From NCBI GenBank assembly GCA_937888365.1, contig CALBFA010000073.1:44686-108685 (forward strand): a stretch of DNA of 64,000 bases. Direction: 5' to 3'. Every line of letters begins with the position of its first letter. Position 1 is the first letter of the stretch. Positions 18,418 to 28,636 of this stretch are shown piece after piece. The translations under genes were made by a program, and so were the position numbers. Below the pieces are notes generated by a model. The model was not told where the DNA came from. It searched no databases and saw only the letters and a program-made list of their open reading frames with translations. Source of the stretch: an uncultured Fidelibacterota bacterium (GTDB lineage Bacteria > Fidelibacterota > UBA8477 > JABMPR01).

Positions 18418-19114
18418 AGTCAACCATGTCGATATGAGTTACGGCGATTTGCAGGTGTTGTGGGATGTCTCTTTTGAAGTTCGACAGGGTGAAATCATTG
18501 TACTTGTTGGAGCGAATGGCGCTGGAAAGTCATCCATTTTAAAAACAATTTCCAATATTAAAAATCCATCCCATGGCGAAATTATTTTTGAAGATTTTAA
18601 TCTAGTAACGGCGCAACCCCATGAAATAATAGAGCATGGCGTTATTCATGTACCGGAGGGGAGGCATCTCTTTAATGAAATGACGGTTGAAGAGAATTTA
18701 ATTATGGGGAGTCTTTCCCAACGTGCAAAACCTAGGCGAAATGAGATGATAGATTATTGTTTCGGACTATTTCCTCGATTAAAAGAAAGACGAAAGCAGA
18801 TTGCGGGAACACTTTCGGGTGGAGAACAACAGATGGTTGCAATTGCTCGAGGTTTAATGGCTTTACCAAAAATATTAATGCTTGATGAACCATCGCTAGG
18901 GCTTGCACCGATTTTAGTGCAAGAAATCTTCGAAATTGTCCGTAATGTCAGCAAGGAAGGCATCACAATACTACTGGTTGAACAAAATGTTCGGCAAACA
19001 CTTGCCTTTTGTGACAGAGCCTACGTATTAGAAAATGGACGTGTTACAAAAGAGGGAACAGGAAATGAACTGCTGAACGATGAATATGTGCGTGAAGCTT
19101 ATTTGGGAATATAA
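18410..19114 (+). CDS. livF: BCAA ABC transporter ATP-binding protein
   Basis: GANGAGKS, VPEGR, LSGGEQQM, LDEPSLGLAP, LVEQN. Confidence 0.93.
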   Translation: MLKVNHVDMSYGDLQVLWDVSFEVRQGEIIVLVGANGAGKSSILKTISNIKNPSHGEIIFEDFNLVTAQPHEIIEHGVIHVPEGRHLFNEMTVEENLIMGSLSQRAKPRRNEMIDYCFGLFPRLKERRKQIAGTLSGGEQQMVAIARGLMALPKILMLDEPSLGLAPILVQEIFEIVRNVSKEGITILLVEQNVRQTLAFCDRAYVLENGRVTKEGTGNELLNDEYVREAYLGI

Positions 19115-19135
19115 TATTATAGAAAGGATTCAACC

Positions 19136-19777
19136 ATGTTTGTACGTTTTTTAATGACTAGTCCTGTGATAACGATTGAAGAAAATGAATCCGTATTGGA
19201 TGCCATCCACCTCATGCGAAAGAATAAAATTCGCAGATTACCCGTTGTTGACAAAAAAGGCGCGCTTGTAGGTATTGTGGCGGATATTGATGTTGTTGAG
19301 TTTTCGCCCAGTAAGGCGTCTTCATTAGATCGCTTTGAATTAAACTATTTAATTGCCAAAACTCCGATTCAATCCATCATGTCAAAAGAGCCTTATTCGG
19401 TTGCGCCAGACGACCCGATTGAGATGGCGGCCTATCTTATGGAAAAATATAATATCGGGGGTTTACCCGTAATCTCTAATGGCGGACTCGTCGGCATCAT
19501 TACAGAAATTGATGTCTTTCGTGCTTTCATGCAAATTTTAGGTGTGAAACAGGATGGCATCAGGCTTTCGGTTGAAATTCCAAATCAAACAGGTGAGTTA
19601 AGAAAACTTGTCGCCATGTTATCAGATGATTTGGTCTCAAAAATTATCAGTATTGCGAGTCATAATCAGGGAAATGACAATCATAAACGATCGGTGATTT
19701 TACGCTTAGAAACAAAGTTCGAAGCTCAAATCCGTCAATTATTCCTCGATGCTGGATATAAAATAAGAAACGGTTAA
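19136..19777 (+). CDS. CBS-pair plus ACT domain protein (AcuB-like)
   Basis: Two CBS repeats (IRRLPVVD, IGGLPVI..LVGIITE.D.F) followed by an ACT-like C-terminus. Confidence 0.85.
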   Translation: MFVRFLMTSPVITIEENESVLDAIHLMRKNKIRRLPVVDKKGALVGIVADIDVVEFSPSKASSLDRFELNYLIAKTPIQSIMSKEPYSVAPDDPIEMAAYLMEKYNIGGLPVISNGGLVGIITEIDVFRAFMQILGVKQDGIRLSVEIPNQTGELRKLVAMLSDDLVSKIISIASHNQGNDNHKRSVILRLETKFEAQIRQLFLDAGYKIRNG

Positions 19778-19798
19778 ATTAAAATATTCGATATTTTG

Positions 19799-19830
19799 AA
19801 AGGGTTGGTTTTATGCGAACCCTTTTTTTT
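19799..19830 (+). terminator. Rho-independent terminator of the liv operon
   Basis: AAAGGGTT...AACCCTTT followed by a T run. Confidence 0.65.
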
Positions 19831-19988
19831 ATTTGATGTAAAATAATACCTGATACCGTTTAAAGTTATGAGAAGGAAAAAAAAATAATTTGAAAGAAAT
19901 GTATATTTTTAACAATTTGATGTTAGAAAGTGGCTATCTTCTAATATGGTGAGAAGGAAAATAGTTTAACACGTAGAAAACAAGAAAC

Positions 19989-20888
19989 ATGTTAAAATCA
20001 TTATTAACTGAATATTTACATTTCTTGCGTATTGAACGGAATCTTAGCGAGAATACGCATACGGCCTACCAGTTTGATTTAATGCAATTTATTGATTTTT
20101 TTGATGCTCAAGGCATCACCTCACCTCAAAAAATTAGAGAGAAAAATTTACGTGATTGGATTCATGAATTTTCGAAACACAATTATTCACCGTTGACATT
20201 GTCGAGACATTTTTCAGCCTTAAAGGGTTTTTTTAAATATCTCGTTATGGAAGGATATATCACTATCGACCCGAGCAAAATTTTAGAGTCCCCTCGAATG
20301 GCAGCTCGCCTTCCAAAAATCCTATCAATTGAAGACATCGAAAAGCTCTTTTCGGTTATTCCTCTTGATAAACCTCGAGGCCTTAGAGATAGAGCATTTT
20401 TTGAATTGCTTTATGCGACAGGTATGCGTGTTAGCGAAATATGTAATTTGACCATAGATAAAATCTTTTTTGATGATGCCTTAGTTCAAGTTATTGGTAA
20501 GGGGAATAAAGAGCGTATTGTTCCAATGGGAGAAGAATCGCAATATTGGTTAGGGAAATATTTAAATGAAGGACGAGAAAATTTAAAAAAAAGGCACCTT
20601 ACAAACGGAATTGTGTTTTTAAATAATAGAGGCTTGGGATTGCAGCGAAAAGGCGTTTGGTTTTTGCTAAAAAAATATGCACATCTCGCAGGTATCAAAA
20701 AACCGTTGAGTCCACATACTTTTCGCCACTCTTTTGCAACGCATCTTCTTGAAGGCGGAGCTGATTTAAGAGTTGTTCAGGAGCTTTTAGGGCATTCGGA
20801 CCTTACAACAACTCAAATATATACACATTTAGATAATCGTTATTTATTTGAGGTTTTTCAATCTTTCCATCCTAGAGCGAGAAAATAG
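19989..20888 (+). CDS. xerD: Site-specific tyrosine recombinase XerD
   Basis: RDRA..ELLYATGMRVSE, GKGNKERIVP, SPHTFRHSFATHLLEGGADLRVVQELLGH..TTQIYTH, FHPRA end. Confidence 0.92.
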   Translation: MLKSLLTEYLHFLRIERNLSENTHTAYQFDLMQFIDFFDAQGITSPQKIREKNLRDWIHEFSKHNYSPLTLSRHFSALKGFFKYLVMEGYITIDPSKILESPRMAARLPKILSIEDIEKLFSVIPLDKPRGLRDRAFFELLYATGMRVSEICNLTIDKIFFDDALVQVIGKGNKERIVPMGEESQYWLGKYLNEGRENLKKRHLTNGIVFLNNRGLGLQRKGVWFLLKKYAHLAGIKKPLSPHTFRHSFATHLLEGGADLRVVQELLGHSDLTTTQIYTHLDNRYLFEVFQSFHPRARK

Positions 20889-20948
20889 GTTTTGAAAAAG
20901 GTAAATAATTTTGTATTTGATCCCTAAACAAACAAGAGGAGGAATTAT

Positions 20949-21137
20949 ATGAAATGTAACGTAGGTGGTAGGGACAGATGGATCCGCATGATTTTGGGCA
21001 TCGTTATCCTTGGGGTGGGATATTATATGCAGTCATGGTGGGGATTGGTCGGTTTAATCCCATTATTGACAGGAGCAACCAAACGTTGTTTAATATATTA
21101 TCCTATGAAGGTTAGCACTGCTGAGACAGAGGAGTAA
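20949..21137 (+). CDS. DUF2892 / YgaP-like small membrane protein
   Basis: MKCNVGG.DR.IR..LG...WGLVGLIPLLTG...C..Y; GAGGAGG RBS. Confidence 0.85.
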   Translation: MKCNVGGRDRWIRMILGIVILGVGYYMQSWWGLVGLIPLLTGATKRCLIYYPMKVSTAETEE

Positions 21138-21148
21138 TATCGACGTTT

Positions 21149-21190
21149 AATAGCAAAAGAGGTCAACAAAAGATGACCTCTTTTGCTATT
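21149..21190. terminator. Rho-independent terminator
   Basis: AATAGCAAAAGAGGTCA-N8-TGACCTCTTTTGCTATT, a perfect 17-bp stem. Confidence 0.85.
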
Positions 21191-21252
21191 ATAATTATTC
21201 CTAGTATGACGTTAAAATATCAAAAAATGCATCATATTGCCTTCATGTTTTA

Positions 21253-21396
21253 ATGTCAAAACAAGCAAGCAAAAGCGTACAAGACCTGGCAACTGCTGCT
21301 AAGGAACTTGATTCAGAAGTAGATCGACTCGCAAATCACGAACTCAAAGAGATCCTGAAAGATGTAGGAGGTAAACGTGTCAGAACTAATAAGTGA
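21253..21396 (+). CDS. Possible 47-aa helical small ORF or gene remnant
   Basis: MSKQASKSVQDLATAAKELDSEVDRLANHELKEILKDVGGKRVRTNK, read by hand; overlaps the hemerythrin start; no clear RBS. Confidence 0.3.
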   Translation: MSKQASKSVQDLATAAKELDSEVDRLANHELKEILKDVGGKRVRTNK

Positions 21397-21778
21397 GCTC
21401 ATTCATGAGCACGCATTATTATTATCAGCATTAGATAAAGCTGGAAATATTAGCCTATCAATCGAAGATAGGAAAAAAGAGTTTGATGCCATCAAAGAAC
21501 TTTTGCTTTTACATATTCAAAATGAAGATAAAAATTTATACCCTGTTCTCAAGGAAGCGGCTAAAACGGATCCAACCATAAACCGCCTTCTCAATTCCTA
21601 TTTCAATAGTATGTCAGAAATTTCTCAAATGGTGTTTGATTTTGTTGAAAAATATTCAAAAGAGAAATCAGATATGGCATATATCGCAGATTTTCAAGTC
21701 CTTTATTTAAAATTAAAATCGAGGATTAATAAAGAAGAGAATATCCTTTTCCCAAAATATGAAAGTCTTTTTTCGTAA
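21377..21778 (+). CDS. Hemerythrin/HHE-domain protein
   Basis: L..EH, H...ED..LYP, R...EE..LFP; AGGAGG RBS before the GTG. Confidence 0.75.
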   Translation: MSELISELIHEHALLLSALDKAGNISLSIEDRKKEFDAIKELLLLHIQNEDKNLYPVLKEAAKTDPTINRLLNSYFNSMSEISQMVFDFVEKYSKEKSDMAYIADFQVLYLKLKSRINKEENILFPKYESLFS

Positions 21779-21932
21779 AAACACTTAGCCCTACATGTTT
21801 GGGCGATAATCATTCCAAAAATAGAAGTATATGAAATCATTAGGAACTAAAAGGCTCCCAAATCAGGACCTTTTTTTATGATGTCCCTATTATTCGATTA
21901 GATTCTTTGCCTAATGACACAGGAGAACACAC

Positions 21933-22493
21933 ATGTCATCAATTAAGAATGATAATATGATTGTTATTAATTCGGATTTCTATTTAGATCAAGTCAACGA
22001 AAATGACATCCCCAACTTAATAAAATACTTGAATGACGAGGAAACATATTCCAATTTGTTAGCTATCCCGCATCCATATACCAAAACAAGCGGTCTGTGG
22101 TGGGTGAATCATGTCGAGGAAATGCGCCTCATCTTTAATCGATTATATCAATGGACGATTAAAGACAATACCGGTCAATTAATTGGCGGCATTGGGCTCC
22201 TCAATAAATATGGCCCTGACAGCCATAAAGATGAGCTTGGGTATTGGTTGGCAAAACCCTATTGGGGAAATGGTGTGATGCCTATTGTCGTCAGAAAATT
22301 TGTGGAAGTTGGCTTTGAAAATTGGTCGCTATCTCGAATTGAAGCAACAACTTTTGAGTGCAATAAACCGTCTCAGCGTGTTCTCGAAAAAGTTGGTTTT
22401 AAACTGGAGGGTTGCTTAAGAGATTATCATTTAAAACAAAACCAACTTGTTAATGCATACATGTTTAGCCTTATAAAATCGGATACAGAATAA
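21933..22493 (+). CDS. GNAT N-acetyltransferase (RimJ/RimL family)
   Basis: ELGYWL..YWG.G; N..SQRVLEKVGF..EG.LR. Confidence 0.9.
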   Translation: MSSIKNDNMIVINSDFYLDQVNENDIPNLIKYLNDEETYSNLLAIPHPYTKTSGLWWVNHVEEMRLIFNRLYQWTIKDNTGQLIGGIGLLNKYGPDSHKDELGYWLAKPYWGNGVMPIVVRKFVEVGFENWSLSRIEATTFECNKPSQRVLEKVGFKLEGCLRDYHLKQNQLVNAYMFSLIKSDTE

Positions 22494-22495
22494 TA

Positions 22496-23581
22496 TTGAA
22501 ATTTGTCACGATTGTGTTTTTACTCGTTATGAAAGCGACGGTATTCTCCTCTGAACCTACCATAGAGCAGATAATTGGCCGAAAACTTCTCATAAGTTTA
22601 CCCGGTGTTAGTTTGTCAGATTCGACCCTAATCCTAGCCAAACAGTGGATAGACAAAGAACAAATTGGTGGAATCATTTTTTTCGAATACAATATTGAAT
22701 CGAAAAATCAGATTCAATCATTGATTCGTAATCTAAAAAAGGATGCGCCTTTTTTACCCATATTTGCAGTGGATGAAGAAGGTGGATATGTAAAAAGGCT
22801 CAAGAAGAAAAAAGGATTTTTAAGTTTACCATCGGCTAAATGGATAGCACAAAATAAAAATGTAGAAGATTCACAAAAAATTTATTTTAAACACAGTCAA
22901 GAACTTCAATCACTTGGATTTAATGTGAATTTAGCCCCCGTTGTTGATTTAGACATCAATCCAAAATCTCCCGCAATAGGGAAAGCAAATCGCAGTTTTT
23001 CGAAAGATCCCAAAACCGTAATTAAATTTGCCAAAACAATGATTGATGCCATGGAAGCATCGGAAATCATCCCGACATTAAAGCATTTTCCAGGTCACGG
23101 TTCGGCAGAAAATGATTCTCATTTAGGTCTAACAAACATTAGCGGTACTTGGACCCAAAAAGAACTGGCTCCCTTCGAATATTTTATAAAAAATGAGACG
23201 CCCATTATCATTCTTATCGGGCATTTATATCATGATCAAATTGATTCACTTTATCCCGCAACGATGAGTGCTAAAACGATTCAAGGACTCTTGCGCAATA
23301 AACTTGGATTCCATGGTGTTGTATTGTCGGATGACTTACAAATGGGGGCATTGACTGCGCAGTATTCGATTGAAGATATTGTGATTGAATCAATTAGAGC
23401 AGGGAACGATTTATTGCAATTCTCAGATCCTTTAAAGATTGATGAAAATTTCCCCCAATGGTTTTATACAACCGTCGCGAAAGCCATGGATGAAGGGATA
23501 ATTGATAAGCATGAACTGGAAAAATCATTTTACCGCATTGATAAATTAACAGCAAAACCCTCAATAATATTTCTCAAGTAA
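22496..23581 (+). CDS. nagZ: Glycoside hydrolase family 3 beta-N-acetylhexosaminidase
   Basis: AVDEEGG.V.RL, NLAPVVD, KHFPGHG...DSH, SDDLQMGA. Confidence 0.85.
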   Translation: MKFVTIVFLLVMKATVFSSEPTIEQIIGRKLLISLPGVSLSDSTLILAKQWIDKEQIGGIIFFEYNIESKNQIQSLIRNLKKDAPFLPIFAVDEEGGYVKRLKKKKGFLSLPSAKWIAQNKNVEDSQKIYFKHSQELQSLGFNVNLAPVVDLDINPKSPAIGKANRSFSKDPKTVIKFAKTMIDAMEASEIIPTLKHFPGHGSAENDSHLGLTNISGTWTQKELAPFEYFIKNETPIIILIGHLYHDQIDSLYPATMSAKTIQGLLRNKLGFHGVVLSDDLQMGALTAQYSIEDIVIESIRAGNDLLQFSDPLKIDENFPQWFYTTVAKAMDEGIIDKHELEKSFYRIDKLTAKPSIIFLK

Positions 23582-23693
23582 AATGAATTCACGTCCCACT
23601 TATAAATGAATAGTTACTGTCCTTCATGAGCTTGATTTTTATATTTCTAACGAATGATGACAAAAACAAAGCAATAGCATAAAAGGATAGTTT

Positions 23694-24536
23694 ATGAAAA
23701 TTGGACCCTATACTCTCAGCACAATAGTTACCAGTGAATTTGCATTGGATGGAGGAGCGATGTTTGGTGTCGTCCCCAAAACACTCTGGAATAAAGTTGC
23801 ACCAGCGGATGCATTGAATCGTATCCCCATGGTGACACGCACCTTGTTGATTGAATCAGAGGATAGAAAAATTTTGGTTGATACGGGAAACGGCGACAAA
23901 TGGACCGAAAAATTCAAGAAGATTTATAATATTAATTGGGATAAATATAGTCTTCGTCAGGGACTCAAGAAAAAAGGCATCGAACCAGAAGACATTACGG
24001 ATGTGATTTGTACCCATTTACATTTTGACCATGCAGGTGGAAATACACACTATGAGAATGGTAAAATCGTAGCAACTTTTCCCAATGCAAAATACTGGGT
24101 GAGAGAAGCAAATTTGGTCTTAGCAAATTCTCCAACGGAGAAAGATCAAGCCAGTTATTTATCAGAAAACTGGGATGTCCTCGCCGAAAATGACATGATT
24201 CACATTTTGAAAGATGATATTATTTTTATGCCAGGAATCAATTTTATTGTTGTTGACGGACACACAAGGGGTCAACAACTTCTACTGATTTCAGACACTT
24301 CGACGACACTTTTGTATGGGGGTGACCTTTTCCCAATGGCGCCGCACTTGTCTGTCCCATGGGTTATGGCCTATGATATTGATCCCTTACGAACCATTCA
24401 GGAAAAGAAGATTGTCCTCCCAAAAGCGACACTAGAACAATGGATTATCTTTTACGAACATGACCCTTATATCGAGGCAAGTCGTGTAATCGAAAACAAA
24501 AATGGTTTCTCGGCTGGCGAAACAATTGAGATGTAA
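23694..24536 (+). CDS. MBL-fold metallo-hydrolase (YtnP-like)
   Basis: LDGGAMFGVVPK.LW; THLHFDHAGG; GHT.GQ; WVMAYD..P; HDP. Confidence 0.9.
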   Translation: MKIGPYTLSTIVTSEFALDGGAMFGVVPKTLWNKVAPADALNRIPMVTRTLLIESEDRKILVDTGNGDKWTEKFKKIYNINWDKYSLRQGLKKKGIEPEDITDVICTHLHFDHAGGNTHYENGKIVATFPNAKYWVREANLVLANSPTEKDQASYLSENWDVLAENDMIHILKDDIIFMPGINFIVVDGHTRGQQLLLISDTSTTLLYGGDLFPMAPHLSVPWVMAYDIDPLRTIQEKKIVLPKATLEQWIIFYEHDPYIEASRVIENKNGFSAGETIEM

Positions 24537-24628
24537 AAATAATCCGCCATCGAATGACTCAATGTGTGAACCATTCGTAATAATCAACACAACTTTTTCC
24601 CTAAGATGAGATCTGAAAGAAGCTGCAA

Positions 24629-25576
24629 TTGTTAAGCAATACAACGTTACAGTCACTTGGTGCAAAATATGGAATTACGAAAGTTGGCGTGGCAAAAGCT
24701 GGCACGATTGGACATGGGGATTACTTAGATAATTGGCTTAAAAATGGTTTTCACGGAGAAATGTCATATTTGTCGAATTATGCCGAGATGCGGAAGGATG
24801 TTTCGAAATTATTGCCTGGAGCCCAATCGATTATTAGCTGTTATTTTAATTATTATCAAAACGACAATGCCGAAAATTCGCATCTTAAAGGCAAGATTTC
24901 ACGCTATGCTTGGGGGGAAGATTATCATTCTATTATCCGCGAAAAGCTCCAAACATTTGCCGACAAATTGCATGGAAGCGAGATAGCGTTGTTGACGAGA
25001 AAAGAGCGACATAGAATATATAGAGTCTTTGTAGATTCAGGCCCCGTGGCGGAAAAATTGTGGGCTCAAAAAGCGGGGATCGGTTGGCAGGGGAAGCATA
25101 CAAATATCATTACTAAAGAGCGAGGTAGCTGGGGATTTCTAGGGGAAATTATTACACGCAAAGTGTTTGATGTCTATGATGAACGTCATGGTGATTTTTG
25201 CGGTTCTTGCACCGCTTGTATGGATGCGTGTCCGACTCACGCGATATTCAAACCTTATGAACTGGACGCATCTAAATGTATTTCTTATGGGACTATAGAG
25301 TTAGACCCTAAAATAGCCATGCCCGTTAAAATCGCTCAAAATCAGGGACAATGGCTTTTTGGATGCGATATTTGTCAGGATGTTTGTCCCTGGAATCGGT
25401 TTCAAGTTGAGTCAGAAGAAACCCGCTTTCACGTTCTCCCGAATCTAAAAAAACCGTTACAACTTGAATCAATGACGCGTGACACTTTCGAAAATCAATT
25501 TCATAAATCGCTTTTATTACGACCTCATTTAGATGGATTAAAGCGCAATATTAAATCACGAGATTCGCATGTTTAG
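24629..25576 (+). CDS. queG: tRNA epoxyqueuosine(34) reductase
   Basis: ISRYAWGEDYH, VDSGP, GIGWQGK, CGSCTACMDACPT, CISY, GCDICQDVCPWN. Confidence 0.93.
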   Translation: MLSNTTLQSLGAKYGITKVGVAKAGTIGHGDYLDNWLKNGFHGEMSYLSNYAEMRKDVSKLLPGAQSIISCYFNYYQNDNAENSHLKGKISRYAWGEDYHSIIREKLQTFADKLHGSEIALLTRKERHRIYRVFVDSGPVAEKLWAQKAGIGWQGKHTNIITKERGSWGFLGEIITRKVFDVYDERHGDFCGSCTACMDACPTHAIFKPYELDASKCISYGTIELDPKIAMPVKIAQNQGQWLFGCDICQDVCPWNRFQVESEETRFHVLPNLKKPLQLESMTRDTFENQFHKSLLLRPHLDGLKRNIKSRDSHV

Positions 25577-25943
25577 CAAGGATGAGTTGCAGTTCCTCCA
25601 TGAGGCGATTCTCCTTTTTAATGACGAAGCGTTTTATGAATGTCATGAGATTTTAGAAGAATTATGGGAAAAGCTTAAGGGCGAGGAAAAGCGGTGGATT
25701 CAAGGATTATTACAAATCTCAGTGGGTTTTTATCATTTACGCACTGACAATGAGAAGGGGTGTCGTAGCCAATTTACAAAGTCCCTTGATAAATTTTCAC
25801 AGAATTCGCACCATCATATGCCGTTTCGCCTCGAAAGTATTTTGGATATAGTAAAAGGTATCGCAACGGGATTCATTATTTTCAATCCTAATTACAATGC
25901 GCCTAAAATTAAATTTGACGAGAGAAGTAAGTACAGCATTTAA
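25569..25943 (+). CDS. DUF309 domain protein
   Basis: LFN...FYECHE.LEELW...QGL.Q..VG.YH. Confidence 0.88.
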   Translation: MFSKDELQFLHEAILLFNDEAFYECHEILEELWEKLKGEEKRWIQGLLQISVGFYHLRTDNEKGCRSQFTKSLDKFSQNSHHHMPFRLESILDIVKGIATGFIIFNPNYNAPKIKFDERSKYSI

Positions 25944-26006
25944 AAGGCTGAATTTAACAAAATTATAGACAAAAATTATCTTCGTGATTCATCATCAATA
26001 TTGCGT

Positions 26007-26034
26007 TTGACAAGCTAAATGCCCCGTTTAGATT
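26007..26034 (+). promoter_or_regulatory. Putative sigma-70 promoter of the efp operon
   Basis: TTGACA-N16-TAGATT, about 36 nt upstream of efp. Confidence 0.5.
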
Positions 26035-26070
26035 GCTGGACTGCAAAGAAAGAAAGGAAAATAATTTCTT

Positions 26071-26634
26071 ATGGCAACCACAGCAGATATACGGAATAAC
26101 TTAGTAATGGAATTTAATGGCGGATTGTGGAAAATAGTAGAATTTCTTCATGTAAAACCTGGAAAAGGAAACGCCTTTGTACGAACAAAACTAAAAAATA
26201 TACCTAATGGAAAAGTTATCGATCACACATTTCGTTCCGGTGAAAAAATTGTTGATGTTAAACTAGATGCCCGTCAAATGACATATATGTATCACGATGA
26301 CAATCATTTCCATATGATGGATAGTGAAACTTTTGATCAATTATCGATAGACGCCATTTTATTTGAATCGGCTCGAGCATTTATGAAGGAAAATGATGTG
26401 GTTAAAATGCTATTTCGCGAAGATTCCGCAGTCGATATAGAAGTTGACGCACATGTCATCTTAACAATTACTGATACTGATCCTGGTTTAAAAGGAGATA
26501 CTGCAACGGGTGGTACGAAGCCTGCATTTTTAGAAACGGGTTTGAAAGTAATGGTACCATTGTTTTTGAATATTGGTGATAAAGTTAAAGTAGATACTCG
26601 CTCAAGTGAATATCTAGAACGCGTAAGAGAGTAG
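26071..26634 (+). CDS. efp: Elongation factor P
   Basis: HVKPGKGNAFVRTKLKN; PGLKGDTA.GG.KPA.LETG..V.VPLF...DTR..EY. Confidence 0.97.
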   Translation: MATTADIRNNLVMEFNGGLWKIVEFLHVKPGKGNAFVRTKLKNIPNGKVIDHTFRSGEKIVDVKLDARQMTYMYHDDNHFHMMDSETFDQLSIDAILFESARAFMKENDVVKMLFREDSAVDIEVDAHVILTITDTDPGLKGDTATGGTKPAFLETGLKVMVPLFLNIGDKVKVDTRSSEYLERVRE

Positions 26635-26637
26635 AAA

Positions 26638-27114
26638 ATGAGCATAAATATTAAAGAAATCAGAGAACTTGTTCAAATATTACAAGATTCTTCAGTGAAC
26701 GAAATAGAAATATCTAATTTCGGCAAAAAAGTTAAAGTTTCGAAATGCATGAATGGTGTCGTTGCGACATCTACTTTTCAAGCTCCTCAACAAATGACTG
26801 CGGCTCCCGCTCCTGCAGTAAAATCTGCACCTACTCCTGAACCAGTGACGGGTGCAAAAGCTCCCGAAGAGGCTAAAGGAACAAAAATTAATTCGCCAAT
26901 GGTGGGTACTTATTATAGCTCGCCGTCGCCAGAGGCTGAATCTTTCATTAAAGTAGGCGATCATGTGGTTGTAGGGCAAACACTATGTATTGTTGAAGCT
27001 ATGAAAATCATGAACGAAATTGAATCTGAGGTTTCAGGTGTCGTAGTTGACATCCTCGTGGAGAATACGGATCCTGTTGAATACAACCAACCCTTGTTTA
27101 TTGTAGAAACGTAG
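26638..27114 (+). CDS. accB: Acetyl-CoA carboxylase biotin carboxyl carrier protein
   Basis: Ala/Pro linker; SPMVGT.Y; EAMKIMNEIE biotinylation motif. Confidence 0.96.
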   Translation: MSINIKEIRELVQILQDSSVNEIEISNFGKKVKVSKCMNGVVATSTFQAPQQMTAAPAPAVKSAPTPEPVTGAKAPEEAKGTKINSPMVGTYYSSPSPEAESFIKVGDHVVVGQTLCIVEAMKIMNEIESEVSGVVVDILVENTDPVEYNQPLFIVET

Positions 27115-27227
27115 TCTCACTGCACTTAAATTATGAAAATGCAAAGAATACGGACGTTTCACCTTGTTCTTTCACCTGTTCATAATCCCACAACCCCAAT
27201 AATTGCCTGTTGTAAAAGGAATTATAT

Positions 27228-28592
27228 ATGTTTAAAAAAATACTTATAGCAAATAGAGGTGAGATTGCGCTTCGAATCGTTCGAGCGTGTCAAGAAATGG
27301 GTCTTCAATCCGTTGCAGTATATTCTGAAGCGGATGCGAATTCTCTTCATGTCAAATATGCTGATGAAGCTGTGTGTATTGGTCCCGCATCTTCTACCAA
27401 AAGCTATCTTAATGTAAATTCGATTTTAGCTGCCGCCGAAATTACAAATGCCGACGCAATTCATCCTGGTTACGGATTTTTAGCCGAAAATGCTGCGTTT
27501 TCAGATATTTGCGCTGAACATGATATCGAATTTATCGGTCCAACAGGTGCTATTATTAATGCAATGGGCGACAAAGCTACCGCCAAGAAATCAATGAAAG
27601 AAGCTGGAGTGCCGGTGATACCAGGCTCCGAAGGTTTGTTGGCATCGCCTGAGCAAGCATTAGAACTCGCCGAAATAGCCGGATACCCCGTTATACTCAA
27701 AGCCACTGCCGGTGGCGGCGGGCGAGGCATGCGTAAAGTCGATCGTCCCGAAGACTTGGTCTCGCTTTACAATATGGCCAGCTCTGAATCAGAAAGTGCA
27801 TTCGGCAACGGTGCTCTTTATCTTGAGAAATATATTGTCCAACCACGTCATATTGAGATTCAATTAATCGCAGATTCATTTGGTAATGTTTATCATTTAG
27901 GCGAACGAGAATGTTCTATTCAGAGACGTCATCAAAAACTATTAGAAGAGTCACCATCTGTTGCAGTATCACAAGAATTGCGCGAAAGAATGGGTCACGC
28001 AGCGATTCTAGGTGCTAAAAAAGCTGGATATGTGGGTGCCGGAACAGTCGAATTCCTTTTGGATGCAAAGGGCGATTTCTATTTCATGGAAATGAATACA
28101 CGCATCCAAGTCGAACATCCTGTAACTGAATTTGTGACAGGAACAGACTTGATTAAACTACAGATTATGTCACATGCAGGCGAAAGATTACCGGATTGGT
28201 TAGGAAATATTCGACTTCGAGGTCATTCCATTGAGTGTCGCATCAATGCCGAAAATCCAGCTAAAAACTTTATGCCATCTCCCGCACTTATTAATGAATT
28301 TCATGTCCCAGGTGGACCCGGCATTCGTGTTGATTCGCATATTTATTCTGGATTTCATATCGTACCACACTATGACAGCATGATTGCAAAGTTGATTGTG
28401 CATGGTAGAGATAGATCCGAAGCTATTGCACGCATGAAACGTGCTTTGGAAGAATTTACGATTGAAGGACCCAAAACGACAATCCCATTCCATCTACAAC
28501 TCTTGGATGATCCAGATTTTGTAGCAGGAAATTTTGATACAAGTTTTTTAGAAACTTTTACATTTGATCCAGATAAAGCGCTATTACGGTAA
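27228..28592 (+). CDS. accC: Biotin carboxylase
   Basis: [55 protein letters not shown]. Confidence 0.96.
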   Translation: MFKKILIANRGEIALRIVRACQEMGLQSVAVYSEADANSLHVKYADEAVCIGPASSTKSYLNVNSILAAAEITNADAIHPGYGFLAENAAFSDICAEHDIEFIGPTGAIINAMGDKATAKKSMKEAGVPVIPGSEGLLASPEQALELAEIAGYPVILKATAGGGGRGMRKVDRPEDLVSLYNMASSESESAFGNGALYLEKYIVQPRHIEIQLIADSFGNVYHLGERECSIQRRHQKLLEESPSVAVSQELRERMGHAAILGAKKAGYVGAGTVEFLLDAKGDFYFMEMNTRIQVEHPVTEFVTGTDLIKLQIMSHAGERLPDWLGNIRLRGHSIECRINAENPAKNFMPSPALINEFHVPGGPGIRVDSHIYSGFHIVPHYDSMIAKLIVHGRDRSEAIARMKRALEEFTIEGPKTTIPFHLQLLDDPDFVAGNFDTSFLETFTFDPDKALLR

Positions 28593-28636
28593 GTTTTTTG
28601 CTTTGTAGCGACTAAAATATTGATAAGGAGAGGCTA

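Noticed and set aside
19898-19917. AATGTATATT upstream of xerD, resembling the core of a dif site
   Set aside because: The XerD arm (TTATGTTAAAT) and the XerC arm are not matched in either orientation; likely chance in AT-rich DNA.
19989-20888. Tyrosine recombinase as a possible integrase of a mobile element
   Set aside because: Its motifs are those of housekeeping XerD, and no att repeats or phage/ICE genes are nearby.
27115-27227. Short repeat TTTCACCT(T)GTTC and a small ORF between accB and accC
   Set aside because: Too short to distinguish from chance; no RBS or recognisable structure.
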